NCBI GenBank assembly: GCA_965195345.1
Contig: OZ239628.1
Span: forward strand, 800,001 to 864,000
DNA: 64,000 nucleotides
DNA from: an uncultured Thiomicrospira sp.
GTDB taxonomy: Bacteria; Pseudomonadota; Gammaproteobacteria; CAKMZV01
Direction: 5' to 3'
Below are positions 61,370 to 64,000 of the stretch, one piece after another; the stretch's first letter is position 1; each line of letters begins with the position of its first letter. Both the position numbers and the translations under genes were made by a program. The notes beneath the pieces were generated by a model, which saw nothing but the letters and a program-made list of their open reading frames with translations, did no database searches and was not told where the DNA came from.

Positions 61370-62470
61370 TCTTTACGCGCGTATTCTAAATACTCTGCTT
61401 GATTATAAACACCTCGGATCTTATTTTGATCAACATGGGCTAATTGACGCTCTATAGCATCCGATGACCAGTCCTTTTCATGCAAAATAGTGCTTGCTGT
61501 GTGTCGCCAACCATGCATAGATAATTCTTCTTTTCCAATGCCTAATCTTCGTAGTCCAGCAAGCAACGCTTCTGAACCAATTGGACGCTCATGAGTACGC
61601 ATACTTGGAAAAACATAGATGCTATTTGTCCTATTTTTTTGACATAATTCTAAAATATTAAGTGAATAAGTGCTTAAAGGTACTAAATGAACACGCCTTG
61701 ATTTCATACGACTTGCAGAAATACGAACGAGTTTATTAGCAATATCCACCTCATTCCATTCTAAACCTGCTAACTCTGATAGGCGCAAAAATACATAGGC
61801 GTTAAGCGCAAAGCATTTCCAATATTCTGATCCCAAGGGTATTCTTCCATCATTGTTAAAACACCAGATATTTGCTTGGAGTCAGTTATGCACGCATAGT
61901 GTTCTTCCTTTTCTTTTTGAAATATATCTCTAGGAATATCACGAGAAGGGCCAACACTGCAATAGCCCATGCCAACTCCATAACGAAATACGCGTGAAGT
62001 GTAATTTCGTACTTTATTCAGCGTGTGAATCTTACCAGAGTGCTCAATATTCTTGAGCAGTTCAATAATATGCTGAGGTTGAATAGCACTTATTTCGAAA
62101 TGGTCTATGTAAGGAAATACATATGTCGTACACCTATTCAGCACGTTTTCTATGGTCTTTTTACTCCAGTTCAATGAATTGAGTTCATACCATAACTGAA
62201 ATACATCCTTAAACGTTATTGATTGGGTTTTAGTAATGCTATTTGATGGATGATGCCCTTGAGCACGCATTGCACCCTTTTGAGCCGCAATTCTTCGTGC
62301 TTCAACCAAGATAAAGTAGGGTACGATCCTAAAGTCATCATCTGCTCTTTTCTATTCCAAAAATAACGATAACGCCAAGATTTCTTACCTCTTGGTGATA
62401 TCAAGGTACAAACCAAGACCATCTCCTAATCGATACACTTTATCTTTCGCAAGTGCCTGCTTTATCTGAA
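61303..62470 (-). pseudogene. P4-like tyrosine integrase split by frameshifts into at least 4 pieces
   Basis: KDKVYRLGDGLGLYL / SPRGKKSWRYRY...LGSYPTLS arm-binding domain; catalytic LRLSEL, HGWRHTAST, IERQLAH and YNQAEY motifs; adjacent to the tRNA. Confidence 0.88.
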
Positions 62471-62644
62471 TGTTATTTAATCGTCTCAAACTTTACCCAT
62501 GTTAATTTATAAAATAAAATATTACCCATTATTTTACCCGTTTTTTTCTGGGATGGTATGGTACACATGGGACTGTATGGGACACTATAAATCCAACAAT
62601 AACCACTGATGCCAGTGATTTGGGGCTATATGGGGATGCTGTGA

Positions 62645-62720
62645 TGGTGCCCCCTGTAGGACTTGAACCTACGACCAATCGATTATGAGTCGACTGCTCT
62701 GACCACTGAGCTAAGGGGGC
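62645..62720 (-). tRNA. ileX: tRNA-Ile2 (CAT anticodon, lysidine type)
   Basis: Reverse complement GCCCCCTTAGCTCAGTGGTCAGAGCAGTCGACTCATAATCGATTGGTCGTAGGTTCAAGTCCTACAGGGGGCACCA: 76 nt cloverleaf with encoded CCA, resembling gammaproteobacterial ileX rather than tRNA-Met. Confidence 0.9.
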
Positions 62721-62740
62721 GCTGGGTGCGTATTATACAG
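62721..62740 (-). promoter_or_regulatory. Probable sigma70 -10 box and GC-rich discriminator of the tRNA promoter
   Basis: Minus strand reads ctgTATAATacgcacccagc immediately before the tRNA 5' end; no clear -35. Confidence 0.55.
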
Positions 62741-62773
62741 CGACGCTTAAAGTTGATTGCTACGGTGTGAGCA

Positions 62774-64000
62774 TCAATTTGATTTTATAGGAAAGACCAC
62801 TCGAAATCCTAAGTCAATGCCTTTATATTCTGGGGGTGCCTCTCCAATTTGTGTTATATTTCCGCCTTCTTCAGGCATTAAAAAACTTCCACCTTTGATG
62901 ATGAGGTTGAACGAATTACCGCGCAGTATTGAGGTGTTTGTCCATTCGGAAACATTTCCCGCAAACCCTTGAATCGTATGTTTACTTGCATCTTTTGAAG
63001 CTAAAACATTTTGAGGCAACCATTTATGGTCCGCAACGCTGTTTCGGTCAACAGAAAGCCCTGACACGTATTCATTCCCATAAGGGTATTTTGTTAGATT
63101 TGCACCTGCAAGTGCTTGCCATTCTTCAGCTGAAGGTAGACGGCCTTTAGCCCAAGTAGCAAAAGACCAAGCACTCCACCAACTAATCTGAGTTACGGGT
63201 TGATTTGAAAATTTCTTTTGTTCTTCCCAGTTTAAAGGGGTATGGTCAATATTTAAAGGCTGTTGAGAATGGTTGTAAAAACCTAAATGAATTAGAGGAT
63301 CGCGAAGAAATCGTGCGTAGAGTTCCGTGGTAACTTCGTAGCGCATTATTTTTAAGTTAATGCTCGTGTGTTTGATGGGGAATTGCTCAATACTTTTTGT
63401 TTGATCATTTTCCAAATAACGAAATAAAGCAGCTAATCGGCTTTTATCAGGCGGTCCTATTTCAACATTTTGAGCATTTATGGTAGCAACTTTACTGTCT
63501 CCTCCCCAAGGTAGTGGTAGGGTTTCAATTTGAGCAGTGGGATTACGGTCATAAACGCAACGAAAACCAGTGAATTGTGATCGAAAATCATGCGGAGCAC
63601 GTCGGCGAATTAAATTCAAGCTATGCAAGCTGTAAGGTCGATTGTAAGCATTTCCGCCCATGAGCACGGGTTGCTTATCATCGATAGTCCATTCGCTTAG
63701 ATTGTTACCTAAATCATGAATGCCTTCTGGTGTGCTTGTTTCAGGGTGAGCAGAGCACGTTTCTGCTATGTTCAGCGAAGGGTCTTTATACTTCCATGCG
63801 CTGTTAATGAATACGTTTCCCCATGGATATATGCGTTTTTGTGGACCTGAACTGATTGCTTCGTATTCATCGCTTTTAGGCAATCGTCCTCCTGCCGCAT
63901 TGCAATACGCCCATGCATCAAAAAAGCTCAAGCCTCCAGCAGGGACGGTTAGTTGACCAAGTATTTTGTTGTCTTGACTTTGGCTTTGGAATGTCCAGTT
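62774..64000 (-). CDS. Protein with two FGE-sulfatase (SUMF1-like) domains, 5' end beyond the window
   Basis: Two copies of the RLP(K/S)xxE, YP(W/Y)GN, GN(L/V)SEW, GG and GFR(C/V)V motif set; the frame stays open from 63931 to 64000. Confidence 0.85.
   Translation of the reverse strand, partial: NWTFQSQSQDNKILGQLTVPAGGLSFFDAWAYCNAAGGRLPKSDEYEAISSGPQKRIYPWGNVFINSAWKYKDPSLNIAETCSAHPETSTPEGIHDLGNNLSEWTIDDKQPVLMGGNAYNRPYSLHSLNLIRRRAPHDFRSQFTGFRCVYDRNPTAQIETLPLPWGGDSKVATINAQNVEIGPPDKSRLAALFRYLENDQTKSIEQFPIKHTSINLKIMRYEVTTELYARFLRDPLIHLGFYNHSQQPLNIDHTPLNWEEQKKFSNQPVTQISWWSAWSFATWAKGRLPSAEEWQALAGANLTKYPYGNEYVSGLSVDRNSVADHKWLPQNVLASKDASKHTIQGFAGNVSEWTNTSILRGNSFNLIIKGGSFLMPEEGGNITQIGEAPPEYKGIDLGFRVVFPIKSN

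Larger units (their letters stand above)
54730..62661. mobile_element. tRNA-integrated genomic island (~7.9 kb), integrase inactivated
   Basis: Flanked by the 17-bp direct repeats; P4-like integrase beside the tRNA; TACCC(A/G)T arm-like repeats at ~54809-54826 and ~62494-62541. Confidence 0.8.

Noticed and set aside
62645-62720. tRNA-Met call from the CAT anticodon
   Set aside because: It has a paired G1-C72 and lacks the initiator's three G-C anticodon-stem pairs; the overall sequence resembles ileX-type tRNA-Ile2.

Overview
This AT-rich bacterial window, probably from a marine gammaproteobacterium (inferred from gene content and the tRNA), has three parts. (1) 1-35.65 kb is an uninterrupted, co-oriented array of at least 8 paralogous giant lipoprotein genes; the complete copies are 823-2649 aa. 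They share interchangeable modules: lipobox plus poly-Gly linker, ~94-aa cadherin/Ig-like stalk repeats, an optional C-type-lectin-like domain, an FN3-like neck and a 7-blade integrin-alpha-like FG-GAP propeller ending GAVYLY or a variant. Mosaic stalk/tip combinations, variable propeller loops and a conserved intergenic unit suggest a recombination-diversified adhesin repertoire. (2) ~35.9-62.6 kb is a decaying, tandemly accreted island anchored at the 3' end of a tRNA-Ile2(CAT), with a 17-bp att repeat at 54730 and arm-like remnants at ~54690 and ~35860. Its cargo is a RES fragment, a catalase-LodA fusion plus lodB, an LRAT-like protein, and a signal-peptide-bearing TcB/RHS polymorphic toxin with a large helical insert and orphan toxin/immunity cassettes (one Tlde1-like). 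It also carries a CBASS remnant (intact patatin plus an unannotated dead CD-NTase), phd-doc, an Avs-like nuclease-STAND protein, a traG fragment and a frameshifted P4-like integrase. (3) The right edge holds the tRNA and a partial double FGE-sulfatase-domain gene. All family calls come from motif recognition by eye; no database search was run.
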